A DNA stretch of 64,000 nt, taken from NCBI GenBank assembly GCA_015232405.1, contig JADFZS010000003.1, positions 13,433 through 77,432 on the forward strand. Reading direction: 5' to 3'. This stretch comes from Magnetococcales bacterium. GTDB taxonomy: Bacteria; Pseudomonadota; Magnetococcia; Magnetococcales; JADFYX01. The position numbers and the translations under genes were made by a program. A model generated the notes under the pieces. The model did no database searches, was not told the origin of the DNA, and saw only the letters and a program-made list of their open reading frames with translations. Below are positions 40,784 to 50,910 of the stretch, piece after piece. Each line of letters begins with the position of its first letter. Position 1 is the stretch's first letter.

Positions 40784-41611
40784 ATGGCCATATCCAACAA
40801 AGAATTCAAGCTTATAAGTGAATTTCTGAAAGAACACAGTGGAATAATCATTAAACCCGGCAAGGAGTACCTTGTTGAAAACCGACTAACAATCATGTTG
40901 GTCCAGAACGGATGTGATAATTATCTACAGTTTTATCAGAAACTTCAAAAGGATTCGGCTCTACGCACTAAATTTGTTGATGCACTCACCACCAATGAGA
41001 CCTTGTGGTTCAGAGATAACACTTTTTTTGATGGTTTAGAAGATCACATCATTCCACAACTACTTGAAAAATCAAAGAATCAGTCTAAAATTCGCATATG
41101 GTCGGCAGCTAGCTCCACAGGTCAGGAGATATACTCTGTAGGTATGTTGTTGGATCATGTTGCACGTAAAAAAGGCATTAGGTTTGAACCAAGAAAATTT
41201 GAACTTGTTGGCACTGACCTCTCAACATCTGCACTACAAATTGCTAAGTTGGCCCGTTACAATCAGATGGCAATTTCCAGGGGGATGCGCAAAGATTTTC
41301 TAACCAGATATTTTGTAAAAAGCAAGCTGGCATACGAAGTTGCTCCCAATATTAAAAACCTAGTCTCTTTCAAACAGTTTAATCTAAAAAATAGCTTTAT
41401 TTCCATGGGCAAGTTTGATCTTATCTTATGCCGGAATGTACTTATCTATTTTTCTGATGATTTTAAAAAAGATATTTACAGCAAGCTAAGAACTGCACTG
41501 TCCCGTGATGGTTATTTAGCAATTGGTGGATCTGAAACCCCACGTGGACTTACAACATCATTTAAACAATTTAAAGCAGGCAGATCTGTACTCTATCAAG
41601 CTGGCCCATAG
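40784..41611 (+). CDS. cheR: Chemotaxis protein methyltransferase CheR
   Basis: ALTTNETLWFRD, IRIWSAASSTGQEIYSVGMLL and DLILCRNVLIYFSDDFKK are the CheR SAM-binding signature. Confidence 0.9.
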   Translation: MAISNKEFKLISEFLKEHSGIIIKPGKEYLVENRLTIMLVQNGCDNYLQFYQKLQKDSALRTKFVDALTTNETLWFRDNTFFDGLEDHIIPQLLEKSKNQSKIRIWSAASSTGQEIYSVGMLLDHVARKKGIRFEPRKFELVGTDLSTSALQIAKLARYNQMAISRGMRKDFLTRYFVKSKLAYEVAPNIKNLVSFKQFNLKNSFISMGKFDLILCRNVLIYFSDDFKKDIYSKLRTALSRDGYLAIGGSETPRGLTTSFKQFKAGRSVLYQAGP

Positions 41612-41960
41612 AGACTCCATCACCCCAGATTTATATCCTTCAAACAATCTATTGATTAGTCTTTGTTATGTTAGTTGTAGCTAACCAATATATTTTAATG
41701 TTACCTCAATAGGTATTGACAATAAAGCAATATCAAGCTGATTTGGCATTGACAACATCTTCATAGGTTGATTTTTATGGATACCAAGGTTGTTTTCTGT
41801 CAGTATGGGGGCCTACATGTGAGCTATTTCAAGAAAATTCCGTTTAAGTGTGAATGGAGGTTTCTAGATTTATATTACCGTTGAATCTAACAAAAATAGT
41901 TCAAGTTCTCTCAGTTTTTTTTTATCTTTTTTGGCTAGACAATAGAGGTTGGTATTATTT

Positions 41961-43733
41961 GTGTGTGGTATATGCGGTGAGATTAGATTTGATGGAAAAA
42001 GTGCATCCATTGATAATGTTAAAATCATGTCAGATCGGTTGGCCCCAAGAGGACCTGACGGCTCTGGAATCCTTGCACGACAACATATAGCCTTCGGTCA
42101 CCGCCGATTAAAAGTTATTGATCTAAGCGACAACGCCTCCCAACCCATGACCGATACTGACCTGGGACTATCACTGGTCTTCAATGGCTGTATCTATAAC
42201 TATAAAGAGCTGCGAGCAGAACTGAGTAAAAAGGGCTACTCCTTTTTTTCCAATGGAGACTCAGAGGTTATCATAAAAGCCTATCATGCCTGGGGCAAAG
42301 ATTGTGTCAAAAGATTCCAAGGTATGTTTGCTTTTGTACTGTTGGAGATGAACAGTGGCTTGGTTGTTATGGTTAGAGACCGCCTTGGAATCAAACCCCT
42401 ATACTTGAGCAGTACCAGCAAATATCTACGTTTTGCCTCTTCTTTGACTGCCCTCACCACACTGGATGGGGTTGATACCACAATTGATCCGGTAGCTCTG
42501 CACCATTACATGAGCTTTCATGCAGTAGTTCCTGCCCCTAACACAATGATTAAAGGCGTACAAAAACTCCCCCCTGCCACCATCGCAACCTTTAAACCAG
42601 ATGGCAAAAGAGAAGATAGCGTATATTGGAATCTATCATTTGAACCAACTGCCCAAGATGAAGGAAAAAACGAAGATCAATGGCGTGGTGAAATATTGGA
42701 AGCTCTGCGCCTGGCTGTAAAAAGACGTCTGGTGGCTGATGTTCCGGTTGGAGTATTGCTATCAGGTGGTTTGGACTCTTCACTTATTGTCGGTCTGCTA
42801 ACTGAGGCAGGACAGACCGACATCAATACCTTTTCTGTGGGTTTTGAAAATGTTGGTGGCGAAGAGGGCAATGAGTTTGTCTATTCTGACCTGATTGCTG
42901 ATCATTTTTCAACTCGTCATCATAAAATTGCCGTACCTACTGCTGAACTTCTTAAAGCCCTACCTGATGTTATTGCCAGCATGTCCGAGCCTATGGTCAG
43001 CCATGACAATATCGGTTTTTATCTTTTATCCAAAGCTGTCTCAGAACATGTTAAGGTGGTACAGAGTGGTCAGGGAGCCGATGAGATATTTGCTGGATAT
43101 CACTGGTATCCACCACTATCACATAGTATTGATCCGGTAGCTGATTATACACGGGTCTTTTGTGATCGTGACCATAAAGAGATGTCATCATTATTACAAC
43201 CAGAATGGATGTCGGATGATTTCAGTCGAGATTTTATTGCTACCAATTTTGCTGCTAACGGAGCAAAAAACGGTATTGATAAAGCTCTCAGATTGGATAC
43301 CACAGTGATGCTGGTGGATGATCCGGTCAAACGTGTAGATAATATGACCATGGCTTGGGGCTTGGAGGCCAGAGTACCTTTTTTGGATCATGAGCTAGTT
43401 GAGTTGGCAGCTAGAACCCCTGCCCGTTATAAAATTGCTCAAGATGGCAAGGGGATTCTAAAGGATGCAGCTCGTAGTGTCATACCCAGTGAAGTTATTG
43501 ACCGTCCTAAAGGATATTTTCCCGTACCAGCATTGAAATATCTTAAAGGCACAGTCTTGGAACATGTTCAAGATGCTTTGACAAGTCAAGCAGCACAGCA
43601 GCGTAACCTGTTCAACCCGGATACCGTAAATAGGTTTATTGCCAACCCCAGCGCACATATCACACCGTTACGTGGTTCCATGTTATGGCAGGTTGCCCTG
43701 CTGGAACTTTGGTTGCAACAACATAAACTTTAA
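41961..43733 (+). CDS. asnO: N-acetylglutaminylglutamine amidotransferase (asparagine synthase family, class II glutamine amidotransferase)
   Basis: The GTG at 41961 gives the obligatory N-terminal (M)CGICGEIRF. HRRLKVIDL, GDSEVI, and the asparagine-synthase PP-loop VGVLLSGGLDSS. First gene of an asnO-ngg-M42 trio. Confidence 0.8.
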   Translation: MCGICGEIRFDGKSASIDNVKIMSDRLAPRGPDGSGILARQHIAFGHRRLKVIDLSDNASQPMTDTDLGLSLVFNGCIYNYKELRAELSKKGYSFFSNGDSEVIIKAYHAWGKDCVKRFQGMFAFVLLEMNSGLVVMVRDRLGIKPLYLSSTSKYLRFASSLTALTTLDGVDTTIDPVALHHYMSFHAVVPAPNTMIKGVQKLPPATIATFKPDGKREDSVYWNLSFEPTAQDEGKNEDQWRGEILEALRLAVKRRLVADVPVGVLLSGGLDSSLIVGLLTEAGQTDINTFSVGFENVGGEEGNEFVYSDLIADHFSTRHHKIAVPTAELLKALPDVIASMSEPMVSHDNIGFYLLSKAVSEHVKVVQSGQGADEIFAGYHWYPPLSHSIDPVADYTRVFCDRDHKEMSSLLQPEWMSDDFSRDFIATNFAANGAKNGIDKALRLDTTVMLVDDPVKRVDNMTMAWGLEARVPFLDHELVELAARTPARYKIAQDGKGILKDAARSVIPSEVIDRPKGYFPVPALKYLKGTVLEHVQDALTSQAAQQRNLFNPDTVNRFIANPSAHITPLRGSMLWQVALLELWLQQHKL

Positions 43734-43746
43734 CAAGAGGAAGATC

Positions 43747-45510
43747 ATGTCCAACGACAAGCTGCCCGACAGCATGGACCCACAAAAGATGGCCTCACTT
43801 AAACATTGGGGTAATTTACCTGATGATATCGATGTTGATCAAATGCTTGAGAATGTTGTTGTAGATTGCGGATGGGGCCGTTTGATCTTTGGACAAACTT
43901 TTGATGATCCACAAAAATTGGTGCAGCTGCTACAGCAGGAACAAGAAGGTAAACGAGATTTAGCACTCTATGTAAGAGACCCTCATGTGCTTATCTCCCA
44001 CGCTCCTCAGGAACTATTTCTCGACCCATCACACACCTATCGGCTGATTTTATCTGCTGCCAATATCAAAAACACAAAATCCAGAGGCTATACTGTCTCA
44101 AGACTCAAGGAAGTAAGCGAGGGAATTGAGGCCAACAGTATTTTGGCTCAACATGGTATGATCAGGGTCGGCAGATCCTTTTACCTAAGCAGCATCAAAT
44201 CACAAATAGTACAAATTCTAGTAGCCAAAGATGACAAAACCGACAACGTAATCGGAGTTGCAACCGGAATCGACCATAACAGAGCCATCAATGACCCCGA
44301 TAATGGCTGTAGCCTTTGGTCGGTAGCAGTTGATGCTCAATGCCCATATCCAGGTGTTGGTGAACGAATAGTGTTAGAGATGGCAAAACTGTTTAAGGAA
44401 CAAGGGAGAGATTTTCTTGATCTCTCAGTTTTTCACGATAACCAGCAGGCTATCGACCTCTACGAAAAGCTTGGTTTTGAGAAAATACCTGTCTACTGCT
44501 TAAAGCATAAAAATTGTTTCAACGAAAAACTGTTCGCTGGCCCACAACCAGAAGATCAGCTAAATATATACTCTCGTATCATCGTTGATGAGGCTAAAAG
44601 AAGAGGTATCCTGGTTGATATTATCGATGCCGTAAACGGCTATTTCAATCTAGCGTTTGGTGGGCGTTCGGTAACCTGCCGGGAGTCATTGAGTGAGTTG
44701 ACATCGGCGATTTCCATGAGTCGCTGTCAGGATAAATCTGTCACCTTAAAAATCTTGAAAGAGGCATCTCTATCTGTTCCAGAACAGATTAACGCTGCTG
44801 ATAATAAAAAGGTAATGCAATTTCTCAACCGCCATAAACGGGTAGTGGTCAAACCTGATAATGGTGAGCAGGGAGAACATGTTATGGTTGATTTAAGCAG
44901 CACTTCTGAGGTCATGGATGCCATCAAACGGGTTCCTGTTCCACCACAAAACGTACTAGTAGAACAACTGGTAGCAGGTTATGATTTACGGATAATCGTT
45001 ATAGATTATGAGGTTGTTGCCGCCGCTATTCGTATGCCACCATCTGTAACTGGAGATGGGCGGCACACTATTCGTCAACTAATAGAAAAACAGAGTCGGC
45101 GACGGGCTGCTGCTACTGAAGGTGAAAGCCAGATACCAATTGATGATGAAACTCTGCGTTGTATCCGACTCAGCGGTCACCAAATTGAGTCGGTACTACC
45201 ATCAGATGTCACTGTACAGGTTCGTAAAACTGCAAACCTGCATACCGGAGGCATTATTCAGGATATCACCCCTAAACTGCACCCAACACTGTCAAAAGCA
45301 GCTGTAACCGGAGCATTGGCTTTGAATATTCCGGTGGTTGGTTTTGATTTCATGGTTCCTGATATTGATGGCAGTGATTATCATATAATTGAGGCCAATG
45401 AACGTCCGGGACTGGCCAACCATGAACCACAACCAATTGCCGAGCGGTTCGTTGATCTACTATTTCCCCAAACCAAGCCCCTGGGCAGCGCCTGTTTGGA
45501 GCCAGTTTAA
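43747..45510 (+). CDS. ngg: N-acetylglutaminylglutamine synthetase (GNAT + ATP-grasp)
   Basis: A GNAT-like central region (VGERIVLEMAKLFKEQGRDFLDLSVFHDNQQAIDLYEKLGFE) followed by an ATP-grasp (VVKPDNGEQGEHV...DLRIIVIDYEVVAAAIR...HIIEANERPGLANH). ATG 43747 follows AGAGGAAG. The tracked upstream extension overlaps asnO. Confidence 0.75.
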   Translation: MSNDKLPDSMDPQKMASLKHWGNLPDDIDVDQMLENVVVDCGWGRLIFGQTFDDPQKLVQLLQQEQEGKRDLALYVRDPHVLISHAPQELFLDPSHTYRLILSAANIKNTKSRGYTVSRLKEVSEGIEANSILAQHGMIRVGRSFYLSSIKSQIVQILVAKDDKTDNVIGVATGIDHNRAINDPDNGCSLWSVAVDAQCPYPGVGERIVLEMAKLFKEQGRDFLDLSVFHDNQQAIDLYEKLGFEKIPVYCLKHKNCFNEKLFAGPQPEDQLNIYSRIIVDEAKRRGILVDIIDAVNGYFNLAFGGRSVTCRESLSELTSAISMSRCQDKSVTLKILKEASLSVPEQINAADNKKVMQFLNRHKRVVVKPDNGEQGEHVMVDLSSTSEVMDAIKRVPVPPQNVLVEQLVAGYDLRIIVIDYEVVAAAIRMPPSVTGDGRHTIRQLIEKQSRRRAAATEGESQIPIDDETLRCIRLSGHQIESVLPSDVTVQVRKTANLHTGGIIQDITPKLHPTLSKAAVTGALALNIPVVGFDFMVPDIDGSDYHIIEANERPGLANHEPQPIAERFVDLLFPQTKPLGSACLEPV

Positions 45511-46634
45511 TGAGAGGGATGCAACCAGATCCAGCCTATATCAAAGATATCCTCCACCGTCTCCTGAATATTCCCAGCCCAACGGGAATGACCGATGAGG
45601 TAGTCAAACTGGTATGTAGTGAGTTGGAGCTATTAAATCTACCATATGAGCTGACCCGTAGGGGTGCAATAAGGGCGAATCTTGCAGGTATCACCGACTC
45701 CCCTCGCCGAGCAGTTGCAGCACATCTTGATACATTGGGGGCAATGGTCAAAGCCATCAATCCTGATGGTCGACTCGGCCTGGTTCCCATCGGCTTCTGG
45801 TCCTCACGTTTTGCAGAAGGTGCCCGTGTAACAATTCATTCCGACAACAACTGTAAAACCAGAGGAACCATCCTACCAATGAAAGCCTCAGGCCATGTTT
45901 ACAATGAAGAGGTAGATTCACAGCCCACCTCATGGTCCAACCTGGAGGTGCGGATAGATGAGTTAGGCAACTCCTTTGAGTCTATTTGGGAGTTGGGTAT
46001 CCGAGTGGGTGATTTTATCTCTATTGACCCCAACCCGGAGTTTCTTGATAACGGTTTTATAATCTCCAGACATCTGGACGATAAAGCCGGGGTGGCATGT
46101 ATATTAGGAGCTTTAAAGAGTATCCAAGACCACAAGCCTACAATCTACTCGGAGTGTAGTGTGCTTTTCACCATATCTGAAGAGGTGGGTGTGGGAGCTT
46201 CTCATATTTTGCGTGGTAATATCGCCGAGATGGTCTCGGTGGATAACGGGACCATTGCTCCCAACCAGAACACCTGCGAGTACGGTGCTACCTTGGCTAT
46301 GCAGGACTCCAGCGGTCCATTTGATCGCCACCTGACAAGGTTACTTATCTCACTGTGTCAGGATTTGGAAATTGAATATAGTAGAGACGTTTTTCTCCAC
46401 TATCGCAGCGATGCCGCCTCAGCCCTGGAGGCGGGAAATGATATTCGTACTGCTCTTATCTGTTTTGCCTTGGATGCCTCCCACGGCTACGAACGTACCC
46501 ACAGCAAATCCCTCCAGGCAGTTGCCAGACTACTGCAATCTTATATGACCTCCCAACCACTATTCAAAAGTGAAGAGAACCTTTTTGGAACCCTCACTGA
46601 TTTACCTTTAATAAAATGCAAAAGCGAACAGTGA
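45510..46634 (+). CDS. M42-family peptidase of the NAGGN osmoprotectant system
   Basis: PSPTGMTDEV...AHLDTLG...RHLDDKAG...FTISEEVG...DASHGYERTH is the M42 (FrvX-like) metal-ligand pattern. A TAATG overlap joins it to ngg. Confidence 0.75.
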   Translation: MRGMQPDPAYIKDILHRLLNIPSPTGMTDEVVKLVCSELELLNLPYELTRRGAIRANLAGITDSPRRAVAAHLDTLGAMVKAINPDGRLGLVPIGFWSSRFAEGARVTIHSDNNCKTRGTILPMKASGHVYNEEVDSQPTSWSNLEVRIDELGNSFESIWELGIRVGDFISIDPNPEFLDNGFIISRHLDDKAGVACILGALKSIQDHKPTIYSECSVLFTISEEVGVGASHILRGNIAEMVSVDNGTIAPNQNTCEYGATLAMQDSSGPFDRHLTRLLISLCQDLEIEYSRDVFLHYRSDAASALEAGNDIRTALICFALDASHGYERTHSKSLQAVARLLQSYMTSQPLFKSEENLFGTLTDLPLIKCKSEQ

Positions 46635-46647
46635 TCCCACAATTATA

Positions 46648-49074
46648 TTAAATCTTGAAGTTGCTAGTGATTGATATCAAGACCTCTGATGTATGAGCGA
46701 TCTCTTTAGCTTTATCACCGACATCATGGCTAAGTTTATTGCCATCTTCTGCCAACTGCTTTACATCAAGAAGGGTTTCAACAATTTCCTTGGATGAGTC
46801 AGTGGCAATTTCCACCTTTTCATTGATTGAATAGTTTGACTCGGCGGCCTCCCTGACGCTTAAAGCCATCTCTTCTATGCTGGTAGAAGAGCTGGCAACA
46901 TTTCGTGTCACTTCATCGATACCATGGGAAGCTTCACTAATTCTTCTTGTTACCTCCTTATTATCATTTGCAACATTTGACATCGATTCAGATATCGATT
47001 TACTAAACTCTCCCTGCTCATCCACAGCGTATAAAATATCATTATTTGCTTTACCAATTTCATCGACCACTTCTGAAATTGTTTTGACCAGTGAACTCAT
47101 TCCATCAGCATTATTCTGAATATCATTGATCTTTTCTGAGATCATATTTGTAGCTTCGCTGGTCTGGTTGGCCAAATCTTTTACCTCATTTGCCACAACC
47201 GCAAACCCCATACCTGTTTCACCAGCATTGGCTGCTTCGATTGAAGCATTTAATGCAAGCATATTGGTTTGATTAGCGATCTTTTTGATCAAGGAGATAG
47301 TCTGGTCGATATCTTTAACCGATTTATTAAGCTTGTCTGCTGCTTCCAAGTTGCTGTTGACGTTTGTTACAGCTGTTTGTGATTTTTGCGAGGCATCTCT
47401 ACATAGATTTCTAATTCCTTCAGAAGCAGACGCAATTTCACTCGCAGATTTAGAGACCTCTACAACACCATCTTGGTTACGTATAGCAGCCTCTTGAATT
47501 GCTGAGAGGTTTGTTGTTGCCTGCTCTGCTGCTGCTGAAATTGATGACATGTTACTGCTTGATTGGTCGGCTACAGTCGAGACAGCATTTAAATTATTTG
47601 AGGCATGTTTTGAAGACTCTGCAACATTTGCCATGGTCGAGTTCATCATTTCAGCAGAGCTTGAAGATGTAATAGAGTTCTCCTCTAACTTTGATGAGGT
47701 AGTCTGTATCTCATTGGATACATTTTTCAAACTTTCGGAGTATACTTTTAGGGTCTCTGATACACCTATTATCTCTCCTATTGAACCACTTAATTGGTTA
47801 ACTAAATTTTGCAAAGCCCTACGGGCCAATCCAATTTCATCCGGTTTACCTGGGTTAATCGAAACTGTGAAATCCCCTTCTCCAACTCTTTTCAAAATAG
47901 AAGATATATCACCAATTGGCCTTATTACATTAGCGTTGAGGAAAACTGTCGCACCCACCACAATAACCAGCAATAATATACCGGTAATCAATGTTGCCCA
48001 ATATATGGTCTGCTGTTTACTGTTAGCCAATACTTGATATAGGTCTACTAAATTATCACTGCTCAAACGTAGTTTGTTGGACTGCTCTAAAATATCCAAC
48101 TGAGCTTGACGATAGTGAATCGAGCCGACTTTAGATGAAAACAGAGCGTCAATAACTTTAATCAAACCATCAAAGTCTCTCTCAATTTCAATGATTTTTT
48201 CTTGGAATTGGGCATCTTTAACAGCTGTAATTTTTCCAAAATTGCTCTGTTGAAGGTCAAGTGGATATTTACCACCTGACTTCATGGCAGAAAGTGTCTG
48301 GACAAATACCTCACGGGCATTTTTATACTCATTCAAGCTCGGATTAAGCTCACTCATCCCCAGTGGAATGTTCTCTGAAAAATGGAAAACATATCTACGG
48401 ATACCGAGCAAATCGTTTAGCTTAAATGGTGTTCCAGACATACGGGTATGGCAATCTGCACACCCCTGAGCAACAGCCAAGTCAGCAGTATAATACCTGA
48501 TAAACAGTCCTTTGTTGGTCTTTAATGGTTCAGATATAAATATTTTTTTAGGATCCTTTTTTATGGCTTCATTAGCAGCCTTATCTATTGGTCCATTCAA
48601 CTCCTGACTAAGATTAAGAGGAGCTTCCGATATAATCTCCATTGATATCTTTGAATCTGTTCCATATGCCTGATTTACCAATCTGGTGAAAGTAGCAGGA
48701 AACGGAACAGCAGGGTGAGGCTCCTCAAGGGGGGTCATTGATATTGACCATTTTCCCTGTTTGGCTGCTTTGACAACTGTTTTTGTATATGTACCCCGCA
48801 TTTTTGTTATGAATTTATCTAAATCGCGGATTTGCTGAATGATAGTCTGCTGCCTTCCTTTAGCCATGGAGAAACCGAGCACCGATTTTGCCATGGCTTG
48901 GGTTAACATTCGCTGGCGACCAAGGGCGTTCAATCTAGCTGCATCTTCTTCTGCTTCACCAAGTATAAATATAACTGTCATAGTTGAAAATAGAGAGACG
49001 ACGGCTATTGTTGCAAAAACAGCTAGCATCTTGAATTTGATCGTCAAACCACCTTTATTAATCATGTCATCCAC
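46648..49074 (-). CDS. Methyl-accepting chemotaxis protein with a periplasmic PilJ-type helix, a CXXCH-containing (Tll0287/DUF3365-like) sensor, and HAMP
   Basis: TM1 at ~16-38. [23 protein letters not shown] (CADCH = 48448-48462). TM2 [22 protein letters not shown] ([19 protein letters not shown]...[10 protein letters not shown]). Tip [38 protein letters not shown]. Confidence 0.85.
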   Translation of the reverse strand: MDDMINKGGLTIKFKMLAVFATIAVVSLFSTMTVIFILGEAEEDAARLNALGRQRMLTQAMAKSVLGFSMAKGRQQTIIQQIRDLDKFITKMRGTYTKTVVKAAKQGKWSISMTPLEEPHPAVPFPATFTRLVNQAYGTDSKISMEIISEAPLNLSQELNGPIDKAANEAIKKDPKKIFISEPLKTNKGLFIRYYTADLAVAQGCADCHTRMSGTPFKLNDLLGIRRYVFHFSENIPLGMSELNPSLNEYKNAREVFVQTLSAMKSGGKYPLDLQQSNFGKITAVKDAQFQEKIIEIERDFDGLIKVIDALFSSKVGSIHYRQAQLDILEQSNKLRLSSDNLVDLYQVLANSKQQTIYWATLITGILLLVIVVGATVFLNANVIRPIGDISSILKRVGEGDFTVSINPGKPDEIGLARRALQNLVNQLSGSIGEIIGVSETLKVYSESLKNVSNEIQTTSSKLEENSITSSSSAEMMNSTMANVAESSKHASNNLNAVSTVADQSSSNMSSISAAAEQATTNLSAIQEAAIRNQDGVVEVSKSASEIASASEGIRNLCRDASQKSQTAVTNVNSNLEAADKLNKSVKDIDQTISLIKKIANQTNMLALNASIEAANAGETGMGFAVVANEVKDLANQTSEATNMISEKINDIQNNADGMSSLVKTISEVVDEIGKANNDILYAVDEQGEFSKSISESMSNVANDNKEVTRRISEASHGIDEVTRNVASSSTSIEEMALSVREAAESNYSINEKVEIATDSSKEIVETLLDVKQLAEDGNKLSHDVGDKAKEIAHTSEVLISITSNFKI

Positions 49075-49587
49075 CTGCTTTCGCTAATATTAAATTTGTA
49101 TTAGAATTAAAATATCTTATTAATCGCCACTTATCAAAGCCTGTAGTATCACTCTTTTTAAAACCGTCCATAAAAAGAGCCGTGTATCGGATCTGCTTTC
49201 TGTTATATTAACGTAAGCTGAGAATATAGAATGGTTTGATTTTCTAAACGCATATATTTAGTGAAAGTTAGTTAGTTTTTTTAATTTCAGGTTGTTGTTC
49301 ATACATAAAAAAACTGTTATTATAAGATGTTAATTGTTGATATATCTTTCACAAACAACCAATTAATTGTCTGAAATGTTTAATTTTTTAACTGCCTAGA
49401 ATTTTCCAGGATAATGTTATTTTTTATCTCATATACAGACCCAAAATAAAGGTCACAGAACAGTTACTTACATGTTTTTAGAAAAAAAGCCTCTTATCTG
49501 TAATTTTGATCAAAAGCAAAGATTTACAACGCGACTAATGATTATGAGCCTTAAACTTGGTAGCAATTAAACAATACGAGATTAAAC

Positions 49588-50412
49588 ATGGCAATTTCCA
49601 AAGAAGAGTTCAGGATGATAAGCAGTATTCTTAAAGAATATAGCGGTATCGTCATTAACACTTGAAAAGAGTATCTTATTGAAACTCGCCTTAACGTTTT
49701 GTTGGTACAGAATAAATGTGACAACTACACACAGTTTTATAAAAAGCTGCAAAGAGACCCGCTACTGCGGAATAAGTTTATAGACGCCCTTACCACCAAC
49801 GAGACACTCTGGTTTAGAGATAACTCATTTTTTGATGGCTTAACCAACGTTATCATTCCCCAGCTGATAGAAAACTCCAAAAAACAGACCAGAGTCCGCA
49901 TCTGGTCAGCAGCAAGCTCTACTGGTCAGGAAGCCTACTCCGTAGCCATGTTACTGGATCATATTGGTCGCAGAAAAAATATCAGATTTGATTTAAATAA
50001 ATTTACTATACTCGGAACCGACATCTCTCCAACTGCACTGCAAAAAGCAAAAATGGCTAGTTATAGCCAGATGACCATATCCAGAGGAATGCGTAAGGAT
50101 TTTCTTAACAAATATTTTGTTAAAAAAGGTACAGCTTACGAAGTTTCCCCTGATATTCGCAAAATCGTCACATTCAAGCAGTTCAATCTTAAGGATAGCT
50201 TTCGTTCCATAGGAAAGTTTGACCTTATTTTGTGCCGAAACGTTCTGATATACTTTTCTGATGATTTAAAAAGCCAGATTTTTTCAAAAATGCGTGACAC
50301 TCTGTCTAAAAACGGCTATTTAGCGATTGGTGCTTCCGAATCTCCACGTGGCCTGACCACTGAATTCAAACAGTTTCGAGCTGGTCAATCGGTATTATAT
50401 CAAGTAAACTGA
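49588..50412 (+). pseudogene. cheR: Second cheR paralog with an in-frame TGA (49663-49665)
   Basis: ATG 49588 reads MAISKEEFRMISSILKEYSGIVINT*KEYLIETRLNVLLVQNKCDNY, collinear with CheR1 MAISNKEFKLISEFLKEHSGIIIKPGKEYLVENRL. The stop replaces the Gly codon. The rest of the gene is intact (VRIWSAASSTGQEAYSVAMLL, CRNVLIYFSDD). Confidence 0.75.
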
Positions 50413-50511
50413 ACAGATATGCTTGCTACAACAGATAGAGATAATATATACATTCTATTTAAAAAAGTACTCTGAAATTAGTAATATAGATTTAAGTATT
50501 AGGATCACCTC

Positions 50512-50889
50512 ATGAAACTACTGACAGTCGATGATTCAAAAACCATGCGGCAGATAATCCAAGGGGTCGGTGCTACTTTGGGTTATGAGGTTTTAGAAGC
50601 TGAACATGGCCTTAAAGCCCTAGAAGTTCTTAGGAAAAGTGCCGATGAAATAGCTGTAATCATGCTGGATTGGAATATGCCTGGGATGAACGGTCTTGAA
50701 GTTCTAAAAATAATCAAGGCATCTGATGACTGGAAGCATATCCCTGTGATGATGGTAACCACCGAAAGTGAAAAAGGCCACATAATACAGGCTGTCAGAC
50801 ATGGGGCTATACAATATGTAACAAAACCGTTTTCTCCTGAAGAGCTTGCGAACAAAATTTTGGAATCTTTGGGTATGGGCGAATTATAA
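50512..50889 (+). CDS. cheY: Chemotaxis response regulator CheY
   Basis: MKLLTVDDSKTMR...VIMLDWNMPGMNGLEVLK...PVMMVTTE...YVTKPFSPEEL is a single receiver domain. Confidence 0.9.
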   Translation: MKLLTVDDSKTMRQIIQGVGATLGYEVLEAEHGLKALEVLRKSADEIAVIMLDWNMPGMNGLEVLKIIKASDDWKHIPVMMVTTESEKGHIIQAVRHGAIQYVTKPFSPEELANKILESLGMGEL

Positions 50890-50910
50890 TAATAATTTAG
50901 GAGTTAACTA

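Noticed and set aside
49663-49665. Idea that the in-frame TGA at a Gly position in cheR reflects TGA-to-Gly reassignment (code 25) or selenocysteine.
   Set aside because: TGA terminates well-conserved genes of normal length in the same window (dsbA-like at 2290-2292, etfB at 3045-3047, folC at 13485-13487). No SECIS-like hairpin is obvious, and CheR is not a selenoprotein family. A GGA to TGA point mutation or a base-call error is simpler.
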